Shown here one piece after another: positions 36,581 through 46,265 of a stretch of 64,000 nucleotides of DNA (within the stretch, counting starts at the first letter, position 1; each line of letters begins with the position of its first letter). Source of the DNA: Eggerthellales bacterium (GTDB lineage Bacteria; Actinomycetota; Coriobacteriia; Coriobacteriales; Eggerthellaceae). The DNA lies in contig JAQXGX010000111.1 of the NCBI GenBank assembly GCA_029006935.1, forward strand, positions 6,178 through 70,177, given 5' to 3'. Position numbers and translations under genes: made by a program. Under the pieces are notes generated by a model. That model was not told the origin of the DNA. It ran no database searches and saw nothing but the letters and a program-made list of their open reading frames with translations.

Positions 36581-37753
36581 CTATGCATCCAAGTAGGTCA
36601 GGCTTGCATCCAGGCTTCCTGCAGCAAGCTGCTCTAGCTCATCCACCACGCGAAGGACCAGGTCGTTGGAAACATCGCATCCACCCAGACCGTACACGTA
36701 GTTCTTGGTGGGAACCGCAAGGCCGGCAGCATAGAAGGCGGCCATCACGTCGGCACCCAAGGGACCCGCTGCGGCGCCCTGGGAATCAGAGCGGTCCATC
36801 ACCGCCACCGCCTTGGCACCAGCGCAAGCCTGTGCGATGAGCTGCGCTGGGAAGGGACGGTAGACACGAGGACGAACTACGCCCACCTTCTTGCCCCGGG
36901 AGCGCAGCAAACGGGCCACGTGACGGAAGTTGCCCGCCGCAGAGCCCAGGCACACGATCACGTAGTCGGCGTCTTCGGTCCCCCAGCAATCCACCAGGTC
37001 GAAGGGACGGCCGGAAATCTGCGACCAGGCCTTGCCATGCTCTTCCAGCACCGCAAGGGAGCGCATCATGGCTGCATGCTGATTCACCTTGGACTTGGCG
37101 AACTCAGGAGCGTTGGCATACATGCCATGGCCCACCGGGTTTTGGGTATCCAGCAGCGGGTAGAGCGGCTCGTAGTCTCCTACGAACTCCTTGACCTGCT
37201 CATCGGTGTTCATTTCGCACCGCTCCATAGCATGGCTCGTAATGAAGCCATCCAGCGTGGTGAGCACCGGAAGAAGCACGCGCTCGTCCTCGGCCACCTT
37301 GAAGGATACGATGGTATTGTCATAGGCTTCCTGGGCGGTTTCCGCGAACAGAATGATCCAACCGGAGTCACGCACTCCCATGATGTCAGAATGATCGCAA
37401 CCGATGTTGATGGGAGAAGCCAGGGTGCGGTTAGCGTTTGCCATGACAATGGGAAGGCGCATGCCCGCGGCAATGGGAAGGACCTCCCACATATACGCAA
37501 GGCCCTGGGACGCCGTTGCCGTTGCCACTCGAGCTCCCGCCGCAGATGCACCGACGCAGGCGGAAAGGGCAGAGTGCTCGGACTCCACGGTCACGAACTC
37601 GGTATGAACGCGGCCCGCAGCCACGAACTTGGCGTAGTTTTCCACGATGGTGGTCTGGGGAGTAATGGGATAGGCGGCCATCACATCCGGGTCGGCCTGG
37701 CGAATAGCCTCGGCAACCATCTGGTTGCCGGTTGCGGAAAAGGCAGTGCTCAT
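36581..37753 (-). CDS. 2-oxoacid:ferredoxin oxidoreductase, alpha subunit
   Basis: 390 aa; ...AAYPITPQT...ESEHSA... typical PorA/VorA N-terminus. Operon context. Confidence 0.9.
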   Translation of the reverse strand: MSTAFSATGNQMVAEAIRQADPDVMAAYPITPQTTIVENYAKFVAAGRVHTEFVTVESEHSALSACVGASAAGARVATATASQGLAYMWEVLPIAAGMRLPIVMANANRTLASPINIGCDHSDIMGVRDSGWIILFAETAQEAYDNTIVSFKVAEDERVLLPVLTTLDGFITSHAMERCEMNTDEQVKEFVGDYEPLYPLLDTQNPVGHGMYANAPEFAKSKVNQHAAMMRSLAVLEEHGKAWSQISGRPFDLVDCWGTEDADYVIVCLGSAAGNFRHVARLLRSRGKKVGVVRPRVYRPFPAQLIAQACAGAKAVAVMDRSDSQGAAAGPLGADVMAAFYAAGLAVPTKNYVYGLGGCDVSNDLVLRVVDELEQLAAGSLDASLTYLDA

Positions 37754-37756
37754 ATC

Positions 37757-38077
37757 CTAGTCCTCCTTCGCCTGGTCTTCTGCCACCATGTGCAGCGCAT
37801 TGAACTTGCATTCGTGGACGCAGATGCCGCAACCCTTGCAGTGGTCGTAGTCGATGCCAGTCATGACCTGGTCCTTCACCAAGATGGAGACGTCAGGGCA
37901 CACGATCCAGCATAGCATGCAGTTCTTGCACGCTTCCTGGTCCCACACCGGACGCATGGTGCGCCAGCCACCGGTCACGTACTTTTCCGAGGCCCCGGCT
38001 TCGGTCACATTGCCCACCGGAAGTTCCTCGGGCCTCCAAGTGCTCAGCTGTTCATAATCAGGAAGGTTCAGCCTCAT
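37757..38077 (-). CDS. 2-oxoacid:ferredoxin oxidoreductase, delta (2x[4Fe-4S]) subunit
   Basis: CKNCMLCWIVCP and CKGCGICVHECK ferredoxin motifs. 4-nt ATGA overlap with the gamma subunit. Confidence 0.9.
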   Translation of the reverse strand: MRLNLPDYEQLSTWRPEELPVGNVTEAGASEKYVTGGWRTMRPVWDQEACKNCMLCWIVCPDVSILVKDQVMTGIDYDHCKGCGICVHECKFNALHMVAEDQAKED

Positions 38078-38649
38078 GCTTCCGCCACCTCCTCATAAGC
38101 CCGATCGACGCTGGAAAGGTTGGCGTCGATCATTTCCCGGGTGAACTTCTTTCCGAAGGTTTCCTCCAGGCGATCCTTCACCGCATCCACGGGAACCACC
38201 CCGGTGACCTTGGCCAAGGCGCCCACGATGGGAGTGTTGGGGATGTTGCGGCCGATAGTCTGCAGCGCAATCCCCGTGGCATCCACCACGGCAACGCGCA
38301 CGGAATCCGGAACGCCCAGGATCTTGCGAGCCTGGGAGGCCGTCATCTCCGTGTTCAGAATGACCACGCCATCGTCAAGCATACCCTCGGTCACGTCCAC
38401 CAGACGAAGCAGGGTTTCGTCCAGAACCACTACGATTCCTGGATTGGCGATGGTGTTATGCACCTCAATCGGCTCATCGCACAGGCGAGTATACGCCTTC
38501 AGCGGTGCGCCGGTACGCTCAGGGCCGTATTCAGGCATGGCCTGAATGTACGCCCCGCGCATCAGGGCGGTATCGGCTACGAGCTTTGCCGCAGTAACGG
38601 CACCCTGACCCGCACGAGCATGCCAGCGGATTTCAGTCAGCTTTGACAT
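38074..38649 (-). CDS. 2-oxoacid:ferredoxin oxidoreductase, gamma subunit
   Basis: MSKLTEIRWHARAGQGAVTAAKLVA...PEYGPERTGAP... Start ATG 38649 with AAAGGAGAG RBS rather than track start 38727. Confidence 0.9.
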   Translation of the reverse strand: MSKLTEIRWHARAGQGAVTAAKLVADTALMRGAYIQAMPEYGPERTGAPLKAYTRLCDEPIEVHNTIANPGIVVVLDETLLRLVDVTEGMLDDGVVILNTEMTASQARKILGVPDSVRVAVVDATGIALQTIGRNIPNTPIVGALAKVTGVVPVDAVKDRLEETFGKKFTREMIDANLSSVDRAYEEVAEA

Positions 38650-38797
38650 TGCTCTCCTTTCGGTCAAATCTAAAACTGCGCCCCGCGTTTGCGCGCGGGG
38701 CGGCGTCAATAAAGGTATGCGCACCATGGTAGTGCCAGTACTCCCCTCTTGACCTCAGGGCTCTACCTGCAAGCAAAGAGCATCGGTAAAAGGGGCC

Positions 38798-38829
38798 TTC
38801 AATGAAGAAGGGGCCCCGCAGGGCCCCTG
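38798..38829 (-). terminator. intrinsic terminator after adk
   Basis: Minus strand AGGGGCCCC-TGC-GGGGCCCCT followed by TCTTCATT. Confidence 0.75.
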
Positions 38830-38843
38830 GAAGGCAAAAGCCG

Positions 38844-39470
38844 TTAGGCGTTCAGAGCCGTCTTCACGTCTGCGTACACGACCTTGGGGTCACGATCGCC
38901 GTCAATGCTGACGAGCAGCTCGCAACCGCGGTAGTAGTCGATCAGCGGAGAGGTGGACTTGGCGTACACGTCAAGACGATTGCGGACCGTGGTCTCGTTG
39001 TCGTCATCGCGCTGGTACATTTCACCACCGCACTTGGGGCAAGAAGCGTCCGCCACGCTGCCGATGCATCCGCATTCCTTGCACATACGGCGAGAGGTCA
39101 GACGACCCACGATGACCTCGGGGTCAACGTCGATCAGCAGTGCGGCATCCAGGGGACGCTCCAGCTTGGAAAGCTCGGCGTCCAGAGCAACAGCCTGAGC
39201 CGTGGTGCGGGGGAAGCCGTCCAGGATGAAGCCCACGTTGGTGTCCGGCTGGCCCAGACGCTCGATCACCAGACCGATGATCACGTCATCGGGAACCAGT
39301 TCACCGGCATCCATGAAGGACTTGGCCTTCTTTCCCAGCTCGGTGCCGGCCTTCACAGCAGCACGCAGCATGTCACCCGTAGAGATATGGGGAAGATCGA
39401 ACTCTTCCACCAGGAACGCAGCCTGGGTGCCCTTGCCAGCGCCGGGAGCACCAAGAAGTACGATGTTCAT
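38844..39470 (-). CDS. adk: adenylate kinase (Zn-lid type)
   Basis: MNIVLLGAPGAGKGTQA P-loop. Lid with CKECG...CPKCG. Confidence 0.95.
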   Translation of the reverse strand: MNIVLLGAPGAGKGTQAAFLVEEFDLPHISTGDMLRAAVKAGTELGKKAKSFMDAGELVPDDVIIGLVIERLGQPDTNVGFILDGFPRTTAQAVALDAELSKLERPLDAALLIDVDPEVIVGRLTSRRMCKECGCIGSVADASCPKCGGEMYQRDDDNETTVRNRLDVYAKSTSPLIDYYRGCELLVSIDGDRDPKVVYADVKTALNA

Positions 39471-39575
39471 TGCGAAATCTCCTATTCCAATCAGGCCCTG
39501 AAAAGGCCGCTCAGAAGAAAGGCCAGCCAGGATACCCCAGCCGGCCTTCCCGATTCTCTAAGTACCTATAATAGC

Positions 39576-40865
39576 CTACTTGAAGAAACCGTCATAGTTG
39601 TACATCTTCAGCTGGGACTCCACCTTGGTCATAGTATCGAGCGCAACGCCTATCATGATCAGAATGGAGGTGCCGCCGAACGCCTGGATAAGCTGGTTCG
39701 GAACGAAGAAGAAGATGATGGTAGGAACAACCGCGATGACCGCGATGAACAGAGCGCCAGGAAGCGTAACGCGCTTGATGACGTTCTTGATGTAGGTCAC
39801 CGTGTTGGCACCCGGACGTACGCCGGGAATGAAGCCGCCCTGCTTCCTGATCTGATCAGAGGTTTCCTCGGGGTTGAACACCATGGAGGTGTAGAAGTAC
39901 GCGAAGAACACGATCAGGGCAACGTTCAGAATCCAGTTGATCCAGCCGGTGGACATGGCGTTTGCCACCGTATTCAGCCAACCCACATTGAACAGCGCAG
40001 CAAGCTGAGCCGGGAAATAGATGATGCAGCTGGCGAAGATGATGGGGATAACGCCGGCGGAGTTGACCTTCATGGGGATGTAGGTGGTCTGACCGCCCGT
40101 CATGCGACGACCCTGCATACGCTTGGCGTAGTTAACCGGGATACGACGCTGAGCACGCTCCACGAAGATGATGGCGGGGATGCAGGCGATGACGATGACC
40201 AGGATCAGCGCGGTGATGGCGATGCCCATGCCGAGGTCCTCCGTGATGTTGATGGAGGAGAAGATGGCGGAGGGAACGCGGGACACGATGCTGATGAAGA
40301 TGATCAGGGACATGCCGTTGCCGATGCCGCGCTGGGTGATAAGCTCGCCCATCCACATGATGAAGGCAACGCCTGCGACCAGGGTGAACACCACCACGAT
40401 GTCGGTAAGCAGCTCAGGCACCTCGGAGGAGAAGACCACGCCGTATGCGGAGGACTTGAAGAGCAGCAGATAACCCACAGCGTTGATGAAGCCCAGGGCA
40501 AGGGTCAGGTAACGGGTAACCTGGGTAATGCGCCGACGACCCGTTTCGCCTTCCTTCGCCCAACGGCCAACCGCGGGAATGACGCCCTGCATCAGCTGCA
40601 TGATGATGGATGCGGTGATGTAGGGCATGATGCCCAGGGAAAACACTGAGAAGTTAGACAGAGCGCCACCGGTGAACAGGTCGAGCATCGTCATCGCCAC
40701 ACCAGAAGAGGTGGATTGGGCGAAGGACGTTGCGAACTCGTGGAACGGAATACCCGGAACGGGAATGTACGCGCCCAGTCTATACAGCGCAAGGATAGCC
40801 AAGGTGAACAGCATCTTGCTGCGCAGCTCGGGAACCCTGAACGCGTCGATGATAGAGCTTAGCAA
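39576..40865 (-). CDS. secY: preprotein translocase subunit SecY
   Basis: 429-aa polytopic protein; ...[28 protein letters not shown]... TTG start with GGAGGAAAGG RBS. Confidence 0.95.
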   Translation of the reverse strand: MLSSIIDAFRVPELRSKMLFTLAILALYRLGAYIPVPGIPFHEFATSFAQSTSSGVAMTMLDLFTGGALSNFSVFSLGIMPYITASIIMQLMQGVIPAVGRWAKEGETGRRRITQVTRYLTLALGFINAVGYLLLFKSSAYGVVFSSEVPELLTDIVVVFTLVAGVAFIMWMGELITQRGIGNGMSLIIFISIVSRVPSAIFSSINITEDLGMGIAITALILVIVIACIPAIIFVERAQRRIPVNYAKRMQGRRMTGGQTTYIPMKVNSAGVIPIIFASCIIYFPAQLAALFNVGWLNTVANAMSTGWINWILNVALIVFFAYFYTSMVFNPEETSDQIRKQGGFIPGVRPGANTVTYIKNVIKRVTLPGALFIAVIAVVPTIIFFFVPNQLIQAFGGTSILIMIGVALDTMTKVESQLKMYNYDGFFK

Positions 40866-41308
40866 GGCTCTTCGACCTTTCCTCCAGCTGCCTCAATCTT
40901 AGCCTTAGCAGAGGCAGAAACCTTATCAACCTTAACGGTCAGGGCCTTGGTGATCTCGCCGTCGCCCAGAACCTTCACCAGGGCGTCGGGACGCTTGATG
41001 ATGCCCTTGGCAGTCAGGGACTCGCCGTCCACGACCTCGCCGGCCTCGAACTTTTCCTCAAGACGGGAAACGTTCACCGGCAGGTACTCAACACGGTTGA
41101 TGTTGCGGAAGCCGGGGAGCTTCGGCAGACGACGTGCCAGCGGAGTCTGGCCGCCCTCGAAGCCTGCGCCCTTGCCACCACCAGCACGGGACTTCTGACC
41201 ATTCATACCACGGCCGGAGGTCTTGCCGGTGCCGCTTGCGTTACCACGGCCGACGCGCTTGCGTGCCTTGCGAGAGCCCTCGTTCGGCTTGAGGTCCTTA
41301 AGTTCCAT
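40859..41308 (-). CDS. rplO: 50S ribosomal protein L15
   Basis: [34 protein letters not shown]... Confidence 0.95.
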   Translation of the reverse strand: MELKDLKPNEGSRKARKRVGRGNASGTGKTSGRGMNGQKSRAGGGKGAGFEGGQTPLARRLPKLPGFRNINRVEYLPVNVSRLEEKFEAGEVVDGESLTAKGIIKRPDALVKVLGDGEITKALTVKVDKVSASAKAKIEAAGGKVEEPC

Positions 41309-41455
41309 TGATGATTCTCCTTTTCGTCGCTAAAGGGAAGTCCTGCTTCCCTGCTGGCAGCTCGCCGCCAGCTAACTTTCATTCAACATGCCAGCGGCGC
41401 GCCTGCGAGGACACGCCGTTGACACTATTGCTAATTGTGGATAATAGCGTTTTCG

Positions 41456-41647
41456 CTAGATTTCCTCAACCTTGACAAGATGCTTCACCTTGAAGATCAT
41501 GCCGCGCATGGACGGGTTGTCCACCACTTCGACGGTGCGGTTGATCTTGCCCAGGCCCAGGGAACGCAGGGTGGCACCCTGGTCCTTTGCCTTGCCGATG
41601 GAGCTCTTGATCTGCGTCACACGCAGGGTCTTCTTGCTTTCAGTCAT
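41456..41647 (-). CDS. rpmD: 50S ribosomal protein L30
   Basis: 63 aa; [28 protein letters not shown]... Confidence 0.95.
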   Translation of the reverse strand: MTESKKTLRVTQIKSSIGKAKDQGATLRSLGLGKINRTVEVVDNPSMRGMIFKVKHLVKVEEI

Positions 41648-41649
41648 GT

Positions 41650-42174
41650 TTATTCCTTCCCACCGAACATAGCGCCGACGGTGATGCCACGACGGTCAGC
41701 GACCTCTGCCGGATTCTCCAGCTGCTTGAGGCCCTCGGCTGCTGCCTTGACGATGTTCATGGCGTTGTCGGTGCCCAGGGACTTGGCGATGACGTCGGTG
41801 ACGCCAGCCAGCTCCATGAGTGCACGAACCGGGCCGCCGGTAATAATACCGGTACCAGGAACGGCGGGCTTCATCAGCACGCGGCCTGCGCCGAACTCAC
41901 CGATCACCTCATGGGGAAGAGTGTTGTTCGGAGTCAGAGCAACGTGGAACATGTTCTTCTTTGCGTCCTCGACGCCCTTGCGGATGGCAGTGGGAACCTC
42001 CTGGGACTTGCCCATGCCCACACCGACGTTGCCGTTGCCATCGCCCACGACGACCAGAGCGGTCAGAGCCATACGACGGCCGCCCTTGACGGTCTTGGAA
42101 ACGCGGTTGATGTAAACTACGCGCTCCTGGAGCTCGGGAACCCCGGCGTTCTCATGCTTATTGTTACGAGCCAT
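41650..42174 (-). CDS. rpsE: 30S ribosomal protein S5
   Basis: ...[38 protein letters not shown]... Confidence 0.95.
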   Translation of the reverse strand: MARNNKHENAGVPELQERVVYINRVSKTVKGGRRMALTALVVVGDGNGNVGVGMGKSQEVPTAIRKGVEDAKKNMFHVALTPNNTLPHEVIGEFGAGRVLMKPAVPGTGIITGGPVRALMELAGVTDVIAKSLGTDNAMNIVKAAAEGLKQLENPAEVADRRGITVGAMFGGKE

Positions 42175-42191
42175 AAGACAACCAATCCCTT

Positions 42192-42560
42192 CTAGAATAC
42201 CAGGCCAGCTTCACGGGCAGCCTCGGCGAGAGCCTTGACGCGGCCGTGATACAGGTTGCCGCCACGGTCGAACACAACAGTATCGACGCCCTTTTCCTTT
42301 GCCTTCTGAGCAATGATGGTGCCCAGAGCGGTTGCGCCTTCGATGTTGGCACCGTTCTTACCGGTTGCCTTGAACTCCGGGCCGAGCGTGCTCACGCCGC
42401 AGATGGTAACGCCCTTGGTGTCGTCCACCAGCTGAGCGTAGATGTTGTTGTTGCTACGCGTAACGCACAGACGAGGACGTGCAGCAGTGCCGGAGATCTT
42501 GCCACGAACGCGACGATGACGACGACGCAGCGCGGCTTGCTTCTTCTGAAGTTTATTCAT
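42192..42560 (-). CDS. rplR: 50S ribosomal protein L18
   Basis: ...[20 protein letters not shown]...[27 protein letters not shown]. Confidence 0.95.
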   Translation of the reverse strand: MNKLQKKQAALRRRHRRVRGKISGTAARPRLCVTRSNNNIYAQLVDDTKGVTICGVSTLGPEFKATGKNGANIEGATALGTIIAQKAKEKGVDTVVFDRGGNLYHGRVKALAEAAREAGLVF

Positions 42561-42588
42561 AACTATCCCTTCACCTTATCCTTGCGCC

Positions 42589-43131
42589 TTAGTCGCCCTT
42601 AGCGGCCTTGCCAAGCTTACGACGGATCTGCTCGCCCTCATAGCGAATGCCCTTGCCCTTGTAAGGCTCAGGCTTGCGCCATGCGCGAACGTCTGCGGCA
42701 ACCTGGCCGACCTGCTCCTTGCTGGGACCGGAGATGACGATCTCGGTCTGAGTCGGAACCTCGAAGGTGATGCCTTCGACGGCCTTGACCAGGATGGGGT
42801 GGGAGTAGCCGAGCTGCATTTCCAGGTCGGAACCCTTCAGAGCGGCACGGTAGCCGACGCCTACCAGCTGCAGCTTCTTGCTGTAGCCCTTGTCCACGCC
42901 TTCCACCATGTTGGCGATGAGGGTGCGGGTCAGACCATGCTGGCTCTTGGCCAGACGGGAGTCATCGGGACGGGTGACGGTGATGGTCTGCTCCTGCTGC
43001 TCGATGGTCAGGATGTCAGAGAAAGTGCGGGTGAGCTCACCCTTGGGGCCCTTGGCCGTTACGGTGTTTCCGTCAATGATGACTTCAACGCCAGCAGGAA
43101 CGGTGATGGGCATCTTACCGATACGAGACAT
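42589..43131 (-). CDS. rplF: 50S ribosomal protein L6
   Basis: [17 protein letters not shown]... Start ATG 43131 (GGAAAGGAAGG RBS), not track start 43200. Confidence 0.95.
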   Translation of the reverse strand: MSRIGKMPITVPAGVEVIIDGNTVTAKGPKGELTRTFSDILTIEQQEQTITVTRPDDSRLAKSQHGLTRTLIANMVEGVDKGYSKKLQLVGVGYRAALKGSDLEMQLGYSHPILVKAVEGITFEVPTQTEIVISGPSKEQVGQVAADVRAWRKPEPYKGKGIRYEGEQIRRKLGKAAKGD

Positions 43132-43150
43132 ATCTTGATACCTTCCTTTC

Positions 43151-43549
43151 CTACCAAATATAGGCGATGACCTCGCCGCCGATGCCCTTCTTGCGTGCAT
43201 CGCGATCGGTCATGACGCCGTTGCTCGTAGAGATGATTGCAGTGCCCAGGCCGCCCAGAACGCGGGGCAGCTCGTCCTTGCCGGCATAGATGCGCAGACC
43301 CGGCTTGGAGATGCGCTTGATGCCGCGGATAACCTTGGACTTCTTGGGGCCGTACTTCAGGGTGATGGTAAGCATAGCGCGAGGCTCGCCGTCGATCACC
43401 TCATAACCCGCAATGTAACCTTCCTGGTCCATGATGCGAGCGATTTCGACAAGCTTCTTACTTGACGGCATGGATACCGTCGGCTTGCCGGCAGATTGAC
43501 CGTTACGCACGCGCGTAAGCATATCTGCAATGGGGTCAGTCATGCTCAT
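43151..43549 (-). CDS. rpsH: 30S ribosomal protein S8
   Basis: [17 protein letters not shown]... Start ATG 43549 (AAGGAG RBS). Confidence 0.95.
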   Translation of the reverse strand: MSMTDPIADMLTRVRNGQSAGKPTVSMPSSKKLVEIARIMDQEGYIAGYEVIDGEPRAMLTITLKYGPKKSKVIRGIKRISKPGLRIYAGKDELPRVLGGLGTAIISTSNGVMTDRDARKKGIGGEVIAYIW

Positions 43550-43657
43550 TGTTTGTTTCTCCTTTGGTTCGTGATGAGCCACCCGGATGGTTCGTCAGCG
43601 CCCATAGCGCCTCCGCCTGGCCGAGCGCACACCCTGTGAGCGATTACGAGTCTTCGA

Positions 43658-43843
43658 TTACCACGAAGCCTTGGTCACGCCGGGCAGTTCGCCTTTGTTG
43701 GCCAACTCGCGCAGGCAGATACGGCACAGACCGAACTTACGATAGTAAGCACGCGGACGGCCGCAACGGCTGCAACGGTTGTGCTGGCGAGTCGAGAACT
43801 TCGGCTCACGCTTAGCCTTGGCGATCATCGATTTCTTAGCCAT
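43658..43843 (-). CDS. rpsN: 30S ribosomal protein S14, short Zn-ribbon (type Z) form
   Basis: 61 aa; [61 protein letters not shown]. Start ATG 43843 (AAGAGGAA RBS). Confidence 0.95.
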   Translation of the reverse strand: MAKKSMIAKAKREPKFSTRQHNRCSRCGRPRAYYRKFGLCRICLRELANKGELPGVTKASW

Positions 43844-43896
43844 GCATTTCCTCTTTCCTATACTATCCAGCGCTATCTGGCTTGATAGCGCAAACG

Positions 43897-43927
43897 TAAA
43901 AAAGATACCGCATTTCGCGGTATCTTT
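43897..43927 (-). terminator. terminator-like hairpin inside the spc cluster (rplE-rpsN spacer)
   Basis: Minus strand AAAGATACCGC-GAAAT-GCGGTATCTTT running into TTTTTT. 11-bp stem. Confidence 0.55.
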
Positions 43928-43963
43928 CAAGATGCTATTTTGAGGTAGAGCTGGTGAGCCGCT

Positions 43964-44506
43964 TTACTTCTTGAAGGGGAAGCCCAGAGCGGTCAGCAGC
44001 GCCAGAGCACCTTCGTTGTCCGGGGAGGAGGTGACGAAGGTGATGTCCATGCCACGGGTGCGATCGATCTTGTCGTAGTCGATCTCCGGGAAGATCAGCT
44101 GCTCGCTGATGCCCAGAGTGTAGTTGCCGCGACCATCGAAGCTGGTGGCGGGGATGCCGCGGAAGTCGCGAACGCGGGGAAGTGCGATGGACAGCAGACG
44201 GTCCAGGAACTCCCACATACGGTCGCCGCGCAGGGTCACCTTGCAGCCGATTGCCTGGCCTTCGCGAACATGGAAGCCTGCGATGGACTTCTTGGCGCGC
44301 GTGACGCAGGGCTGCTGACCGGTGATGACGCGCATGTCGTTCATGGCGGCATCCAGCAGCTTTGAATCGGAAGCTGCAGCGCCAACGCCCATGTTGACCA
44401 CGATCTTCTCCAGCTTCGGAGTCTTGTTGACGTTGGAGATCTTCAGATCCTCAACCAGCTTCGGAGCGATTTCCTTCAGGTACTTTTCCTTCAGACGAGG
44501 AGCCAT
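43964..44506 (-). CDS. rplE: 50S ribosomal protein L5
   Basis: [21 protein letters not shown]... Confidence 0.95.
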   Translation of the reverse strand: MAPRLKEKYLKEIAPKLVEDLKISNVNKTPKLEKIVVNMGVGAAASDSKLLDAAMNDMRVITGQQPCVTRAKKSIAGFHVREGQAIGCKVTLRGDRMWEFLDRLLSIALPRVRDFRGIPATSFDGRGNYTLGISEQLIFPEIDYDKIDRTRGMDITFVTSSPDNEGALALLTALGFPFKK

Positions 44507-44612
44507 TTTCTTACCTCTTTCGATGAATTAAACGCAGGATTACCGACCCTGCGTCCCTGCCCCTGCGGCAGGGTCATGGCCGGCGCCTGGATGGCCAGGC
44601 GCCGACGAACCA

Positions 44613-44933
44613 TTAGTCGATGTTCTTGCCGCACTTCTTGCAGACGCGGACAAGCTTGCCGTTCTCGTTGCGCTGACGGCTGACGCGGGTTGCTGCGTCG
44701 CAGTTCGGGCAGATCAGCATAACGTTGGAAACGTGGATGGGAGCCTCCATGGTAGCGATGCCACCCTGGGGATTCTGCTGAGTCGGACGCATGGCCTTCT
44801 TGACCATGTTCACGCCCTCCACGACCACGCGCTGGACGGAGGGAAGGGAGCGGATGATCTCGCCCTTCTTGCCCTTGTCCTTGCCAGCCAGAACCAGAAC
44901 CTTGTCGCCCTTCTTAACGTTCATCTTTGCCAT
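44613..44933 (-). CDS. rplX: 50S ribosomal protein L24 (with C-terminal CxxC...CxxC)
   Basis: [23 protein letters not shown] motif. C-terminus CPNC...CKKC. Confidence 0.95.
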   Translation of the reverse strand: MAKMNVKKGDKVLVLAGKDKGKKGEIIRSLPSVQRVVVEGVNMVKKAMRPTQQNPQGGIATMEAPIHVSNVMLICPNCDAATRVSRQRNENGKLVRVCKKCGKNID

Positions 44934-44948
44934 TTCTGAACACCCCCC

Positions 44949-45317
44949 TTACAGAGTTTCCGGTGCCAGAGACACGATCTTCATGTACTTCTTGTCGCGC
45001 AGCTCGCGGGCAACGGGCCCGAAGATACGGGTGCCGCGCGGGTTGCCGTTGTTGTCGATCAGAACGGCGGCGTTCTGGTCGAACCTGATGTAGCTGCCAT
45101 CGTTGCGGCGAACTTCCTTCTTCACACGCACGATGACGCAGCGGACGACATCGCCCTTCTTGACGTTGCCGTTGGGCATTGCTTCCTTAACGCTGCAGAT
45201 GATGACATCGCCAAGGCCTGCATAACGGCGCTTAGAGCCGCCCAGGACCTTGATGCACTGCACCTTGCGAGCGCCGGAGTTGTCGGCCACTGCGAGCATG
45301 GATTGCATCTGGATCAT
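44949..45317 (-). CDS. rplN: 50S ribosomal protein L14
   Basis: [28 protein letters not shown]... Confidence 0.97.
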   Translation of the reverse strand: MIQMQSMLAVADNSGARKVQCIKVLGGSKRRYAGLGDVIICSVKEAMPNGNVKKGDVVRCVIVRVKKEVRRNDGSYIRFDQNAAVLIDNNGNPRGTRIFGPVARELRDKKYMKIVSLAPETL

Positions 45318-45365
45318 TTGCTTACATCCTTACTTTCTCGTGAGCATCAGCTGGAAAAGCCTTTG

Positions 45366-45626
45366 CTACTTGGCCTTCTCGACGATCTCGATGAGGCGCC
45401 AGCGCTTCATCTTGGACAGCGGACGAGTCTCCATGATGCGCACGGTATCGCCTACGCCTGCCTCGTTGTTCTCATCATGTGCATGGAACTTCTTGGTAGA
45501 AGTCATCATCTTCTTGTACACAGGATGCGGCTTGCGCTGCTCGACCTGCACGACGATGGTCTTGTCATTCGCCGCGCTGACCACAACGCCCTGACGCACC
45601 TTGCGGGAATTGCGCTCTTCACTCAT
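45366..45626 (-). CDS. rpsQ: 30S ribosomal protein S17
   Basis: ...[27 protein letters not shown]... Confidence 0.95.
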   Translation of the reverse strand: MSEERNSRKVRQGVVVSAANDKTIVVQVEQRKPHPVYKKMMTSTKKFHAHDENNEAGVGDTVRIMETRPLSKMKRWRLIEIVEKAK

Positions 45627-45648
45627 ATGTGATTACCTTACCTCTCGC

Positions 45649-45843
45649 TTATGCGCTCAGTTCACGGGCACGCATCTCGGTCTGAATACGTGCGATGTCC
45701 TTCTTGACCTGCTTCACGCGAGCAGTGTTGTCAAGCTGGCTCGTAGCCATCTGGAAACGCAGGTTGAACAGCTCTGCGCGGGCTTCCTTGAGCTTTGCAG
45801 AAAGATCTTCTGCGGAAAGTTCACGGATCTCTGCGGGCTTCAT
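45649..45843 (-). CDS. rpmC: 50S ribosomal protein L29
   Basis: [31 protein letters not shown]... Confidence 0.95.
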   Translation of the reverse strand: MKPAEIRELSAEDLSAKLKEARAELFNLRFQMATSQLDNTARVKQVKKDIARIQTEMRARELSA

Positions 45844-46265
45844 TATTCAGCCACCTCCGTTTCCTTAGTGACGATCTTGCACTTGATGGGCAGCTTGTTG
45901 ATTGCCAGGCGAAGTGCCTCGCGAGCAACCTCATCCTCGACGCCGGCGATCTCGAACATGATGCGGCCGGGCTTGACCACGGCGACCCATGCCTCGGGGT
46001 TGCCCTTGCCGGAGCCCATGCGGGTTTCGGCGGGCTTGGAGGTGATCGGCTTGTCCGGGAAGATGGTGATCCAGACCTTACCGCCACGCTTCATATGACG
46101 GGTCATGGCGATACGAGCTGCCTCGATCTGGCGGTTGGTGATCCAAGCGGCTTCCAGAGCCTGGATGCCGTAGGTACCGTGGTTCAGACGAGTGCCGCCC
46201 TTGGCCTTGCCCTTCATGGAACCACGCTGCACCTTGCGGTGCTTTACACGCTTAGGTACGAGCAT
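45843..46265 (-). CDS. rplP: 50S ribosomal protein L16
   Basis: [24 protein letters not shown]... Confidence 0.97.
   Translation of the reverse strand: MLVPKRVKHRKVQRGSMKGKAKGGTRLNHGTYGIQALEAAWITNRQIEAARIAMTRHMKRGGKVWITIFPDKPITSKPAETRMGSGKGNPEAWVAVVKPGRIMFEIAGVEDEVAREALRLAINKLPIKCKIVTKETEVAE

Noticed and set aside
38722-38737. Sigma-54-like TGGCAC-N5-TGGTG upstream of the oxidoreductase operon (minus strand)
   Set aside because: The -12 element lacks the TTGC core, and nothing in the window suggests an enhancer-binding protein. A single hexamer match is expected by chance.
38802-40649. 615-aa plus-strand ORF
   Set aside because: It is antisense to adk and secY, both of which are unambiguous. 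The Asp/Gly/His/Arg-rich shadow translation has no recognisable motifs.
41419-41445. Plus-strand TTGACA-N15-GATAAT promoter-like sequence in the rpmD-rplO spacer
   Set aside because: The 15-nt spacer is suboptimal, and it would drive only antisense transcription into rpmD. It is likely a chance match in an AT-rich patch, noted within the spacer finding.
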